Shown here: positions 1-12,896 of the stretch, piece by piece | How positions within the stretch are numbered: the stretch's first letter is position 1 | Layout: each line of letters starts with the position of its first letter | From: Stegostoma tigrinum | Lineage: Eukaryota | NCBI RefSeq assembly: GCF_030684315.1 | Contig: NC_081374.1 | Location: 38,972,630 to 39,036,629, forward strand | Length of the DNA: 64,000 bases | Direction: 5' to 3' | Notes under the pieces: generated by a model | Databases searched by the model: none | Told to the model about the DNA's origin: nothing | The model's input: only the letters and a program-made list of their open reading frames with translations | Translations under genes and position numbers: made by a program

Positions 1-2212
1 AAAGAACTCAATAAGGTTTGTGCGGCACGACCTTCCCTTCACAAAACCGTGCTGACTGTCCCTAATCAATTTATTCTTTTCTGGATGATTATAAATCCTA
101 TCCCTTATAACCTTTTCCAACACTTTACCAACAACTGAAGTAAGGCTCACTAGTCTATAATTACCAGGGTTGTCTCTACTCCCCTTCTTGAACAGGGGAA
201 CCACATTTGCGATCCTCCAGTCGTCTGGCACTATTCTTGTAGACAATGATGAGTTAAAGATCAATGCCAAAGGCTCAGCAATCTCCTCCCTGGCTTCCCA
301 GAGGATCCTAGGATAAATCCCATCCAGCCCAGGGGACTTATCTATCTTCACCCTCTGTAGGATTTCTAATACCTCTTCCTTGTGAACTTCAATCCCACCT
401 AGTTTAGTAGCCTGTATCTCAGTATTCTCCTCGACAACATTGTCGTTTTCTAGAGTGAATACTGTTGAAAAATATTCATTTCGTGCTTCCCCTATCTCCT
501 CTGACTCCACACACAACTTCCCACTAATATCCTTGATTGGACCTAATCTTACTTTCGTCATTCTTTTATTCCTTAAATACCTATAGAAAGCCTTAGGATT
601 TACCCTGATCCTATCCGCCAACAACTTGTCATGTCTCCTCCTGGTTCTTTTGAGCTCTCTCTTTAGGTCTTTCCTGGCTACCTCGTAGCCCACAAGCGCC
701 CTAACTGAGCCTTCACATCTCATCCTAACATAAGCCTTCTTCTTCCTCTTGACCAGAGATTCCACCTCCTTCGTAAAACACGGCTCCCGTGCTCTACAGC
801 TTCCTCCCTGCCTGACAGGTACATTTTTATCTAGGACACACAGGAGCTTTTTCTTGAATAGGCTCCACATTTCTAATGTGCCCATCCCCTGCAGTTTCCT
901 TCCCCATTCTATGCTCCCTAAATCTAGTCTAATCTCATCGTGATTGCCTTTCCCCCAGCTATAATTCTTGCCCAGTGGTATACACCTATCCCTTTCCATC
1001 ACTAAAGTAAATATAACAGAATTGTCATCACTATCACCAAAGTGCTCACCTACTTCCAAATCTAACACCTGGCCATGCTCATTACCCTGTACCAAATCTA
1101 ATGTGGCTTTGCCCCTAAATTGGCTTATCTACATACTGTGTCAGGAAGCCCTCCTGCACACTCTGGACAATAACTGACCCGTCTATAGTACTCGAACTAT
1201 AGTGTTCCCAGTCAATATTTGGAAAGTTGAAGCCCCCCCATGACAACTACCCTGTCTCTCTCACTCCTATCGAGAATCATCTTTGCTATCCATTCCTCTA
1301 CATCTCTGGAACTATTTGGAGGCCCTTAGAAAACTCCCAACAGGGTGACCTCTCCTTTCCTGTTTCTAACCTCAGCCCATACTACCTCAGCTGACGAGTC
1401 CCCAAACATCCTTTCTGCAACTGTAATACTGCCCTTGACCAACAATGCCACACCTCCGCCCCTTTTACCATCTTCTCTGTTCTTACTGAAAGATCTAAAT
1501 CCCGGAACCTGCAACAACCATTCCTGTCCCTGCTCTATCCATGTCTCCGAAATGGCCACAACATCAAAGTCCCAGGTACTAACCCATGCTGCAAGTTCAC
1601 CCACCTTATTCCGGACGCTCCTGGCATTGAAGTAGACACACTTCAATCCAACTTCTTACTTGCCGGTGCCATCTTGCTTCCCTGAAACTTTATTTCAGAC
1701 CACCCTACTCCCAACCTTTTCTATAGTTGAACTACAATTTTGGTGCCCATCCCCCTGCTGAATTAATTTAAACCCACCCGAATCGCCTTAGCAAATATCC
1801 CCCCCAGGATATCGGTACCCCTCTGGTTCAGGTGAAGACCAGATGAAGGGTCTAGGCCCGAAACGTCAGCTTTTGTGCTCCTGAGATGCTGCTTGGCCTG
1901 CTGTGTTCATCCAGCCTCACATTTTATTATATTGCTTGTAGAGGTCCCACCTACCCCAGAAAGAGCCCCAATTATCCAAGAATCCAAAACCCTCCCTCCT
2001 GCACCATCCCTGTAGCCATGTGTTCAACTCCTCTCTCTCCCTATTCCTTGCCTCACTAGCACGTGGCATGGGCAACAAACCAGAGACAACAACTCTGTTC
2101 GTCCTAGCTCTCAGCTTCCATCCCAGCTCCCTGAATTTCTGCCTTAAATCTCCATCTCTCTTCCTACCTATGTCGTTGGTGCCAATGTGGACCATGACTT
2201 GGGGCTGCTCCT
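1..2212 (-). mobile_element. CR1-clade LINE, 5'-truncated and degenerate: ORF1 esterase part, ORF2 APE endonuclease, start of RT (runs off the window's left edge)
   Basis: Minus-strand translations: VHIGTNDIGRKR...RVVVSGLLP (SGNH/GDSL-like ORF1, 1917-2195); KCVYFNARSVRNKV...VVAISETW...RGGGVALLV (endonuclease, 1326-1646); LIRDSQHGFVKGRSCRTNLIEFF (RT start, about 1-70). Frames are interrupted. Confidence 0.92.
1841..1932 (+). mobile_element. Single-arm Penelope-derived short element inserted in the CR1 ORF1
   Basis: GATGAAGGGTCTAGGCCCGAAACGTCAGCTTTTGTGCTCCTGAGATGCTG...CACATTTTATTAT matches the Penelope 3' end at 29758-29843. Confidence 0.85.
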
Positions 2213-2896
2213 AAACCTCAACAAATACCAATCTGTCTCTTTGCAGTGGTGATGATGTGAGTCAATGAAGAGAAGCCATAAGCTGCAGGAGATGCAGCAG
2301 ACAGATACCCCTCCCTCAAGATAAAAACCTTACTAGTGTGTTCTTTAAGCGTGTCATCCAAACTGGAAGATCTGCAATATATGTGTGAAAAAATAATCTG
2401 GAGTTTGGGAGAAGCACCAGATACCAATCCCCTTGAGAACAGCTTCTTAAGGAGAGATGGAGAAGATTAAAACTGGGATCATGAACAACCTGTTTTGTTT
2501 TCTCAACAGAATGACCACATTGTCGGCTAGTTACAGTAAATGGCTTTTTAAGATAATGTAATAAGGCTGCAACTGTACTGACAGATAGCCTAAACACTGA
2601 GCTTGCAAGCACAACGGGAGTCGACTGCTGTTAATGGTATAGTAAGCTGCCTGTTGAGTAGGACATCAGAACTACTCTGAAACTTACCCCAGTTAAACAA
2701 TAGTGGTCATTTGAGTCTGATGATTGAGACTGACTAACACTACAGGAGCAGCAGGACCCCTCATCTGCAGGAGCAGAGATGATGAAAATTAAAAATAAAT
2801 ATCGAAATAAAGAGCACACTGCAGCAATATACTCAGCAGGAACAGGTTTACACATCATTTCCTAGCTGGGAAAGCTTATATTTTTTTTAAAAAATT

Positions 2897-3120
2897 CATT
2901 CATGGGGTGTGGGCATCACTGGTCAGACAAGTATTTATTGCCCATCCCTAATTGCCCTGAGGGCAGTTAAAACTCAATCACATTGCTGTGGGTCTGGAGT
3001 TACATGTGGGCCAGACCAGGTATGGATGGCAGATTTCCTTCCATAGACGGCATTAGTGAACCAGATAAATTTTTCTTGACATTTTTCTGAGTCCCTGGAT
3101 TAATAGTCGAGCAATAAGGC
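2897..3120 (-). mobile_element. SINE sharing its 3' tail with the LINE at 40735-41540
   Basis: Tail TTCATTCATGGGGTGTGGGCATC...TATTGCCCATCCCTAATTGCCC resembles 40738-40805. The body (GGAGTTACATGT...CATTAGTGAACCAG) recurs at about 34300 and 39280. Confidence 0.65.
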
Positions 3121-3752
3121 CACCGTCCCCTCACCTACCTATGTGGTGGAAACAATCGCTCCTCTCATGGATATGAATGATATGGGAAAGTCAGCTTGTA
3201 GCGGGCTGTGCCTAACACTCAGCTACAACTTACTTTGAAGTTTGGCAGTGTGTACACATTGATGATGGTCTGGTGTAAAAGTTTATCCCTGGACATTTAC
3301 TCACCTAGTACAAATTTTTTCTACTTTCCACATCCTCATCACTGAAATCCAACTCACCACAGTGTAAGCTCCTTAGCTGATAAATGCGGGGGAATTTGGG
3401 AGCTGTCTCTGCCTTGGTAACTCACCAATAACTAGGTGATGGGTTACGGTGCATTTCAATCCCTCAAACACATTACTCAACCCCTACATTTTGACCTGAA
3501 GATTTACTCTTAGAAGGATCACTTTCCCATGACAATCTATGCTGTCACTAGAACAGTCTGTCCTGAGAGGTCATTCATTTGTTGCGAAACTGTTGATGTG
3601 AAAAGGCACTATAGAAATGGTAATTTGCCTTTGCTCCACTTGCACAGTGTCATGATTGACAGAAGAGGACAGCACTGAGTTATCCTACAGTGATTGGATT
3701 AACAAACCATAGAATGACCGATTAACACAAGAAGTAGTCACCATTGATAACA

Positions 3753-3886
3753 AGATAACAAAATGTGAAGCTGGATGAATACAGCAGGCCAAGCAGCATC
3801 TGATGCTGCTTGGCCTGCTGTGTTCATCCAGCTTCACATTTTGTTATCTCGGATTCTCCAGCATCTGCAGTTCCCATTATCTCTGA
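3753..3886. mobile_element. Penelope-derived fold-back element with a shortened centre and a 15-bp TSD
   Basis: Palindrome centred near 3800 followed by the unpaired tail. TCACCATTGATAACA is duplicated at 3738-3752 and 3887-3901. Confidence 0.85.
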
Positions 3887-5577
3887 TCACCATTGATAAC
3901 AGTTGCAGCTGCACCACGTGTTATAATTTGGAAACTTGTAAAATTAATAAATTGCAAATATCTAACATTCATATTCTAACTCATTTGCTAGTTCATTGAC
4001 CCCCAGATGATTTTGAGGGTTGAGCTTCAGTATATGGCCCAGTGCTTGCCCTTGGCCTGGCATTGGATACTTAGGTGATGAGAGATTGCATACAGGTAGA
4101 TCTTGTGGCTGTGATAATTCAGATAGTTCAGGGAAACCAAGCTGCTGGAGCATCATGCATTGTTCTCCTGCGGCTTCAAGCTAGTATGCCTCTCTGAGTC
4201 ATTGTGAAACTCGAGCCTGTTAATTCTAGATAACAAAATGTGAGGCTGGATGAACACAGCAGGCCCAGCAGCATCTCAGGAGCACAAAAGCTGACGTTTC
4301 GGGCCTAGACCCTTCATCAGATCTGATGAAGGGTCTAGGCCCGAAACGTCAGCTTTTGTGCTCCTGAGATGCTGCTGGGCCTGCTGTGTTCATCCAACTT
4401 CGCATTTTATTATCTTGGATTCTCCAGCATCTGCAGTTCCCATTATCTCTGATCACCATTGATAACAGTTGCAGCTGCACCACGTGTTATAACTTGGAAA
4501 CTTGTAAAATTAATAAATTGCAAATATCTAACATTCATATTCTAACTCATTTGCTAGTTCATTGACCCCAGATGATTTTGAGGGTTGAGCTTCAGTATAT
4601 GGCCCAGTGCTTGCCCTTGGCCTGGCATTGGATACTTAGGTGATGAGAGATTGCATACAGGTAGATCTTGTGGCTGTGATAATTCAGATAGTTCAGGGAA
4701 ACCAAGCTGCTGGAGCATCATGCATTGTTCTCCTGCGGCTTCAAGCTAGTATGCCTCTCTGAGTCATTGTGAAACTCGAGCCTGTTAATTCTAGATAACA
4801 AAATGTGAGGCTGGATGAACACAGCAGGCCCAGCAGCATCTCAGGAGCACAAAAGCTGACGTTTCGGGCCTAGACCCTTCATCAGATCTGATGAAGGGTC
4901 TAGGCCCGAAACGTCAGCTTTTGTGCTCCTGAGATGCTGCTGGGCCTGCTGTGTTCATCCAACTTCGCATTTTATTATCTTGGATTCTCCAGCATCTGCA
5001 GTTCCCATTATCTCTGATCACCATTGATAACAGTTGCAGCTGCACCACGTGTTATAACTTGGAAACTTGTAAAATTAATAAATTGCAAATATCTAACATT
5101 CATATTCTAACTCATTTGCTAGTTCATTGACCCCAGATGATTTTGAGGGTTGAGCTTCAGTATATGGCCCAGTGCTTGCCCTTGGCCTGGCATTGGATAC
5201 TTAGGTGATGAGAGATTGCATACAGGTAGATCTTGTGGCTGTGATAATTCAGATAGTTCAGGGAAACCAAGCTGCTGGAGCATCATGCATTGTTCTCCTG
5301 CGGCTTCAAGCTAGTATGCCTCTCTGAGTCATTGTGAAACTCGAGCCTGTTAATTCTAGATAACAAAATGTGAGGCTGGATGAACACAGCAGGCCCAGCA
5401 GCATCTCAGGAGCACAAAAGCTGACGTTTCGGGCCTAGACCCTTCATAAGATCTGATGAAGGGTCTAGGCCCGAAACGTCAGCTTTTGTGCTCCTGAGAT
5501 GCTGCTGGGCCTGCTGTGTTCATCCAGCCTCACATTTTATTATCTTGGATTCTCCAGCATCTGCAGTTCCCATTATC
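3885..5577. repeat. Tandem triplication of a 565-566 bp unit (about 345 bp spacer plus about 220 bp fold-back element)
   Basis: GATCACCATTGATAACAGTTGCAGC starts at 3885, 4451 and 5016. The units differ by only a few bases. Confidence 0.95.
4293..4350. ncRNA. Back-to-back minimal type I hammerhead ribozyme motifs (+ 4323-4350, - 4320-4293); further + copies at 4888-4915 and 5453-5480
   Basis: CTGATGA-A-GGG(TCTAGG)CCC-GAAAC-GTC contains the hammerhead core boxes, a stem II, a palindromic ACGU helix III and a GUC cleavage triplet. Activity is untested and stem I is weak. Confidence 0.7.
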
Positions 5578-6898
5578 CCTGTTAATTCTACATTGTTATC
5601 GCTCTGTCTGACCTTCTGACTAGCTATGCTACACATTCTCTCCTTTCCTTGCAGCATCTTCTTTCTATACCATTGTTTCATACCGTATGCCCACTTCAAG
5701 TTGCATGTCTTCCAAAACTGAAACCAATCAGTGCTGCCAATCCTCATCACTAGGAGTACTCACTCGTGTGTACGCCTATCAGTCCAATTCACTCTGAAAA
5801 TCCTTCAGAAATATCAAAGTTCAAAAGACCAGATCTTTATTCTGTCCACTTCCTTTATGGTTTGATATGAATGGAAGTAGGAAACACCAATATTTAACAC
5901 TTTCCTAATAGATTTAGGATGGATAAATTTCAAGGGATGTGATCCCGTAAAAACAAGTGATCAGGAGCCCATTGGAACAGAATAAAATGTGGTTGGGACC
6001 AATATATGCCAGAAGCTGGCTGTAATGTGTACTCCTACAGGGACATCAATATAAGGATATGGGGTCTGAACCCAAAATATTCAGTCTGTTTTGTACAGAA
6101 TGCAGAAACCCGTGCCCTGATTAAGCAGAAACGTTGGATTACCAAGCAGTTTGGGGAATATGAGATTCCCAGCACAGGATCTTGATAGTCCCATGCATAC
6201 AAAATGCCCTCCCTTGTCCCATTTACTCTGGTTGGGCAGGAAGATGGGGAAGGGGGGGCACTAATGTCGAATTCAAATCAAGCTCATATGCATTTGACTC
6301 TGACTTCAGCATTTTAACCTTGCCTGTTTTCAATCTGCGCATTTCAGTTCAAATGTTGTTTAATTTGAGTTATTTGAAATGTGGAGAGAGAAACAGAGTT
6401 AACATTTCAAGTCTAATTTGACTTCTTCAGAAATCTCTCTCACAATTTCTGATTTTATTTTATCGTTGACATCCACCGTTCTATTTCAAATTTGATTATT
6501 TTAGTACTAAGTTCCCACTTTGCCATTATTTACATCTTATAATTTAGGTTATTCAATAATGTACACTTTCAAAGTACAGTAAAACAGCTTTGCCCCATTA
6601 GAGTGGACTGCATGTGACAATCGTCATTGTAACTCTTTGATCAGTAAACATGTGATTCAAATTACTCATTATTGGAACTAATTAGACATTTTCTCTAAGG
6701 GAATGAGTCTGTTGGTTCATTGCCCAAGTGATGAAGATAAAAATTACCTACTTTTCCATTTGTCACAGACATCTTAATTGGCTGTCCAGATGGTCCAATT
6801 TGTACAGTTATCATCCCTACAGTGATAGGGATAGAAAAAAGGAAGTTTGCAGCAGCTGCCTCTTATATATTCACCAATATTCAGACCCTATGTTATGG

Positions 6899-7330
6899 TT
6901 CTTGTGGCACAGAGATAGTGTCGCTAACCCTGAGCTAGGAGACCTGGGTTGAAGTCCTCCTTGCACCAGAAGTGTGTAACAACATCTCCGAACAGGTTGA
7001 TTAGAAAATAGTCATCGAGTTGCATGGCATGGAAACAGACCCTTTGGTCTATCTCATCCATGCTGATCAGATATCCTGCGTTAATCTAGTCCCATTTGCC
7101 AGCATTTGGCTCATATCCCTCTAAAACCTTCCTATCTGTGTACTTGTCCAGATGCTTTTTAAATATTGTAATTGTACCAGCATTCACCACGTTAGGTCCA
7201 ATGTTAGGACTCTTGTGGTGCAGTGGTAATGCCGTTATCTCTAAGCCGGGTTGGGGGGGTGGGTGCAGGTTCGAGGCTCAGCTATTCCAGAAGTGTGTAG
7301 TAACATCGCTGAACAGGTTGATTTTAAAAA
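6899..7330 (+). mobile_element. Two short tRNA-derived SINE copies (6899-7010, 7208-7330) around a minus-strand CR1 3' fragment
   Basis: A/B-box-like head (TGTGG..CAG.GGTA...GGTTC.AG) followed by ...GTGTGTAA.AACATC.CTGAACAGGTTGATT. Related copies lie at about 17758-17870 and 55358-55470. Confidence 0.6.
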
Positions 7331-7932
7331 AGTATCTCAGATTCAACATTTTCAAGAAAACGAAATTTCAGCCATGTTTACAATTGTCAGCTATTGCAAC
7401 TATGTCTAATCTCCCTTTCTTTGTCTCTCCAGATAACTTGTCAGAACTACTCCTAACACATAATTCGTCTTGATTCTTGTTCAGATTTTTCTGGGCTATC
7501 CTTTGTTTGAGGCCAATTCTTTTTCTTTCTTTTAATGTTTTTAAGTTGGCTGTTCCTCCAATGAGGAGATAAGACAGTCAGTACAATCCTGACCCAGTTA
7601 AGAATCTGTGGTTAACTTCTCTGTGTGTGAACCCTCTCACAGCATCACAACAGAGCTATAGTGACATGAGTTTTTACCACCACCTGAGTATTACACTGGA
7701 GACAGACCTGAGAAATCCAGCAGCACAGCATCACATTCCAGAAGACATGGACCACTACAGGCATATCACAGAAATGCGATGGCACTGCTAAGAGATGGAG
7801 TTTCAATAGGAGTCACAAGCACAAACAACGAGACGCAAATAAATCTGAACATTATTGAGGGGTGTCTCCCCTACAGAGTAAGTGGAGATTGGGACTGTTT
7901 TATGAAGGTATTTCCCCTGTCATATCAATAGG

Positions 7933-8134
7933 AGATAACAAAGTGTGGAGCTGGATGAACACAGCAGGCCAAGCAGCATCTCAGCAGCACAAAAGCTGAC
8001 GTTTCCGGCCTAGAACCTTAGGTCCGAAACGTCAGTTTTTGTGCTCCTGAGATGCTGCTTGGCCTGCTGTGTTCATCCAGCTCCATACTTTGTTATTTTG
8101 GATTCTCCAGCATCTGCAGTTCCCATTATCTCTG
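7933..8134. mobile_element. Penelope-derived fold-back element with TSD
   Basis: About 80-bp inverted arms plus the tail. ATATCAATAGG(AGAT) occurs at 7922 and 8135. Confidence 0.85.
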
Positions 8135-9029
8135 ATATCAATAGGAGATCTGTTTTAATAGCAGACAGAAATGCTGCAGCTCCCCACGATACTGAGCCAA
8201 TACAAACTGTTTAATTCTACTAAGCTGCGATTTTTTTTTGCCTGAAACAGTTGAGTGTATAAAATTGCATAACATTTATGATATATAATGCTATATTTAT
8301 AAATATAATTGTATAAGATCTGACTCACGTGAGCAGAGATATCAAGTATCTGAATGTTGTCACCTCTCCCTCGTTCACTGATATTGCTCCCCAGACTCCC
8401 TATCCTGCAGTAACTCACAAGTTCTGGCTACTCCCCTTTGTCTTTACCGAGCTCCTCATTGTTCTCTTCACCTGCTTGCCCAGTTACCAGTAAGTGTTGA
8501 GGCAGCATTGGGTAAGCACTATTCCTCACCAGTATAAAGCTGGGGTTTCAAAACTGAGAATCCTGAGATTATACAGCTGTTCTGAAGTTCCTGGACATGG
8601 GAACATAATTTTCAGAACTACCAAACTATTACCTCCCACCCACTGTGTGCTTTATTCATTCAGAATGTCATCTGGGAAAGTCTGAGAGACACTTAAGCTC
8701 TTAACCTATCTACCTGGGACAGATGAAGCAACTGTGGTGGAAGTGAGGGTTATTGTATAGATTAGAGCACTGATGGGAAATACGGTGTGCTCTAACAGCA
8801 TTGCAGTTTACAGACTTCCTGATGTGGCTTTTGACCTGTAGCCACAGAATTTCTCACTGCAACCGTGCATGAATGAGAATCATATCTGTACAGTAGGTGC
8901 ACTGGAAGCGTCCTAACCAGCAAATAATCTTGTTTTTCATTGTCAGGCACCGAAGTCCATGTCAAATTTGTGCTTCTTTCATTTAAGCTGCTTTATCTTT
9001 CTGGCCACTAGGGGGCAAACTCCTCTCTC

Positions 9030-9403
9030 CAATGGTCGCAAGGTGGACTTTACTAGTTTCAAAATCTTCCCACCCCCACCTCATCCCGTGACCAACCCTC
9101 CCTCTCATCCCTGCCTCCTTGAACTGCCCATCTTCTCTTCCACCTATCCGCTTCTCCCACCTCACTGACCTATCCCCACCACTGCCTACCTGCACTCACC
9201 TATCACCATCCCAACTACCCACACCAGCCCCACCCCTCCTCTGTATTTATTTCTGAGCTCCCTTCCCTCACCCACTTTGTGAAGAAGAGTCCTGATGTAT
9301 AACATCAGCTTTCCTACTCCTCTGATGCTACCTGCTCTGCTGTGTTCTTCTACCTCTATGCTGTTATTTCTGACTCCAGCATTGGCAGTTCTTATGATCT
9401 CCT
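9030..9403 (+). mobile_element. Old Penelope-like 3' fragment
   Basis: GTGGACTTTACTAGTTTCAAAATC (end of GIY-YIG ORF, compare 29375-29400), a C-rich 3'UTR and a decayed hammerhead region at about 9280. Confidence 0.7.
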
Positions 9404-12400
9404 CTCTCCAGTGAATGGTTCAGGTTTTGCTGTTGCAGGGCATCTGTAACAGCACATGTGAAAGGGTTTTTTTTTGTGTGCTGTGTTGTTAAAAATGTGG
9501 GCTCCTACCAGAGAAAGACTTGCATCAGGGACCTGGGTGAACAGGGGACCTCCTTAATTGGGGAAGCAGAGATGATGGATCACTTCAAAATGGGCACTTG
9601 AGAAAAATAGACCCACAAGGGCAGTGGGAACAGAGCAGGAGATTGGGATCAATTAGATTGCTTTACATAGAGCTAGTATGTTCTGATGGGCTGAACACCA
9701 TAATTGCTGAATGCTGGGTAAAGACCACAATACTTCTGGATCCCCAGTCCCAAGCTGCATTGTTCCTGTAATGTTATTTTTAAATGCAAATGGTGAAGTT
9801 GCTAGGAAGCTAGTGTGGTGCACATTTATAGATGCCAGTCACCCCCAGAGTCAGGATGTATGAGGGGGATATGGTGGCTTGATGGAACACCAGCTTGGCT
9901 GGACAGTTGGGACCCAGTCAAGTTGCTGATTGGGGTTGACTGCAGGCTGGGTGTTGGAGTGGGCTCAGACAGATTGGATCTGGAGGGTGTGTTGGGACTA
10001 TCAGGGAGGATGTTGGTGTATGTTTATTGATGAGTTAGTGAAGGGGTTATGTCAGATTCATACTTACCCAGGAGTTAAAGTGGGTTTAATTCCTCCAATG
10101 GCTTTCTGGGAAACTAACCCAGAACCTGAGTCAGAACCTCTGAGATCTCATAGTCTAACTCAGAGTTGGAGACTTTATTGGAGTGTTCCAGAACAAGGTA
10201 ATTGCACATCAGGTGATCAAACCTGCTGGGCAGATTTTGCAGTGGGGCTCTTGGATCCATCTTTCAGAGAATGTCCCTGCATTGATGACCTTCCAATTGG
10301 AAGAGTAAGCTGATGTTTGCAGCCATAGGGGAGTTTCAAGCTGTGGGGTACAATTTAAAAATAAGGGGATTTCTGATTACAACAGAAATGAACGGGCCTG
10401 GGGTTTCTTCTTTCAGCTGGTCATTAGTCTTTGGAATTCTCTTCCACAGTACAGTGCAGGCTGTGTCATTGATCATATTCAAAGCTGTGTTAAACAAGAG
10501 AGCCAAAGGTTATGGGGTGCAGGCAAAAAGTGGAGTTTGGGGTCACAGTTAGGTCACTTTTTTATTGAATGGTTGAGCTGATTGGCCCACTTCTGTACCT
10601 ACTGTGTTCTTATGATCATGTTGGATTTTTGTCAGACTTCTATCTAGGATAGTATGTTGCTCCCTGATGGCATTGGAGGTTTCCCTGAACTCTGCTCCCT
10701 TTAAGACCCCGAAGCTTCATTCTCAGCTGTCGCTTGAAAATTCTTAGACACGGAACAACTGTAGGACTGTAAAATCACAATATATCTCGGTGTCTAGCAA
10801 CCATCTAAAAAGGGAAGATGATCTTGTGTGGTGGTTACAGTAGAAATAGATGTGGGTATTTATAGGAAGGGAGATTGATATGTATGGAATAACATAGTGC
10901 GTCTCTGCTGTTCTCCATTTCATTGTAAAGAGAAAACCTGCTCCATTCTGTAGATCTGAGCCAAACTCAGTTGGGTGTGGTGCAACTTGTACGACTTGAT
11001 ACTCTGCAGTGAGATGATTCACCTCATCGAAACTTAGCAAAAGGTCAAAGTAGAAGCCTGTGGAAACATATCGTGAAAGATCCAGTAAACAGCAATAAGC
11101 AAGCACCACAGTATTAATGCAGGGGTCACAAATGTGCTGAGTACTGGCTGCTCTGTCAATTGAGTATTATGTATAGTCACAAAGCACCAGGCCACTTAGT
11201 GCGTTCAGAGGAATTGGGTTGTTTCAGTGGACACTGTCCAATTGAACAGCCATACCATCTGGTGAACGTATTTCATTTGTAAGTTGGTGTTTGTGACTGC
11301 AGTGAGATCAGGGTCTGGTGTTACTGGAGGCCATTTTTTGAGTATATTATGAATTTTATGGATATATGCTTGATAAGGGATGCCCAACCTATGGCCCACC
11401 AAAGTCGCAACATTTGCTCGCCAACCCTCCCCTACCTAAGGAAAAGAAAAATGCTTCCTATGTGGAAAGATTGGACAATCCAATGCTAGATTAACAAGTT
11501 AAATCATTTACTGATTTTTGACCATTGGATGAGCTGCAAATGTACAATTCAATAGGAGTTCCTTAGAACAAACGGCAGTCTCCCATTAAACCACCAGTGA
11601 CCTATCGCTCCCTACACCATGCTTAGGTTCTCATTTAAACAGTCAGGAAAACAAGGTGTCAATGATGCCATCCTGATAGAGGGCACCACACTGTTATCAC
11701 AACATTATAGTTTTTTAAAATTCCCGTTCCTGTGTACCCAGGTCTCAGTGGATTTCATCATCAGCTCTGATTACTGAACGCATTGTTCCTTTCTCATTTG
11801 TACTGGAATGACGCAAAAAAATCTATGGCTGGATTAGGAAATCACCATCAGGATAGCAGATAGCTTTCATTTGGTGTGACTAATCCACAGCGCCTCCTGT
11901 CAACCTGACAATGTTTAGACGGATGATCAGAAAAAGTTAAGACTTGGTACAGAATTAAACCTGCTACGGTCTGAATTATTTTTGGAATAGTCGAGATTTT
12001 TTTATTAAGATAGTGAGTTCAGACCATTTAGAAATATTGGTTACCCCGAGCTTGGCTTGTGTATGACATAGCACTTATCTCAGGGAATTAATAGATTGCC
12101 TAATTCTGAGGTGGTAAACCATGTAGCTGTTTAATGATTCACTTTAGGCTTTGAGAGTGCGCAGCTTGTGTTGTTAGTAATCATCCAGTGGGCAGTATTT
12201 TGTACAGCATCTCTCTGCATTAATGATTCAGGCACAATTGGCTGTGATTCCTTTGTCTAGAGTGGGTGAAAAGAGAATATTTCTAACCAAGGGACTGAGA
12301 CCTTCCTCACTGTTTGTGAAGGCTGTCAACGTTCCATGAAGGGAGAGGCTTGTGAACAAATATTCTGTGTGCCCCCACATGAGATATAGCTAGGACTGTT

Positions 12401-12896
12401 TGAGGCTTTCTTTACACAAACTATCCATTAAACTCACTAGGCCTAAGTGAAAGCTAAGGCAGATGATTTGTCCCAAGCCCTCTGGAACACTCACTTTAAA
12501 TTGCAGTGCAAATATTAGGCTGAATATTTTGTACATCGTCCCTGCCAAAATGGTGGGACCATTTATAGGGTCAGGTTCTGTGGTATTATGTCTCACAGTC
12601 TGTATGTCAGCATTATTTTAAGAGACACGCTGATGATATCATCTCTGTATCTCATTGTATAATTCGAGGGTAAAAGATCTCATACTTGACCTTACCTCAA
12701 ATCACCTGAAGCATGATACTTTACTGGAAGCATGTTCCTCTGTTGCAAACTAATAGCTTAACTGTAGCCCAAACACACTTGTGGCTGAGGAATATATTAC
12801 ATTTGTATATATTGTGGTAATGACTGTTTGCTGGTTCCTTCAATACCATAGTATCCATACCCAGTTTCTTATGTTATGGGAGACAAGATAAGCATT

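Noticed and set aside
3753-5577. CRISPR-like array of palindromic repeats
   Set aside because: The spacers are identical 345-bp copies, the repeats are about 220 bp, the context is vertebrate and there are no cas genes. It is a tandem duplication of retroelement hairpins.
6899-7330. tRNA genes
   Set aside because: The A/B-box heads are degenerate and are followed by shared SINE bodies. No intact cloverleaf was found.
10744-11109. 121-aa minus ORF with a possible acceptor at about 11060
   Set aside because: No recognisable homology, and no convincing donor or partner exon.
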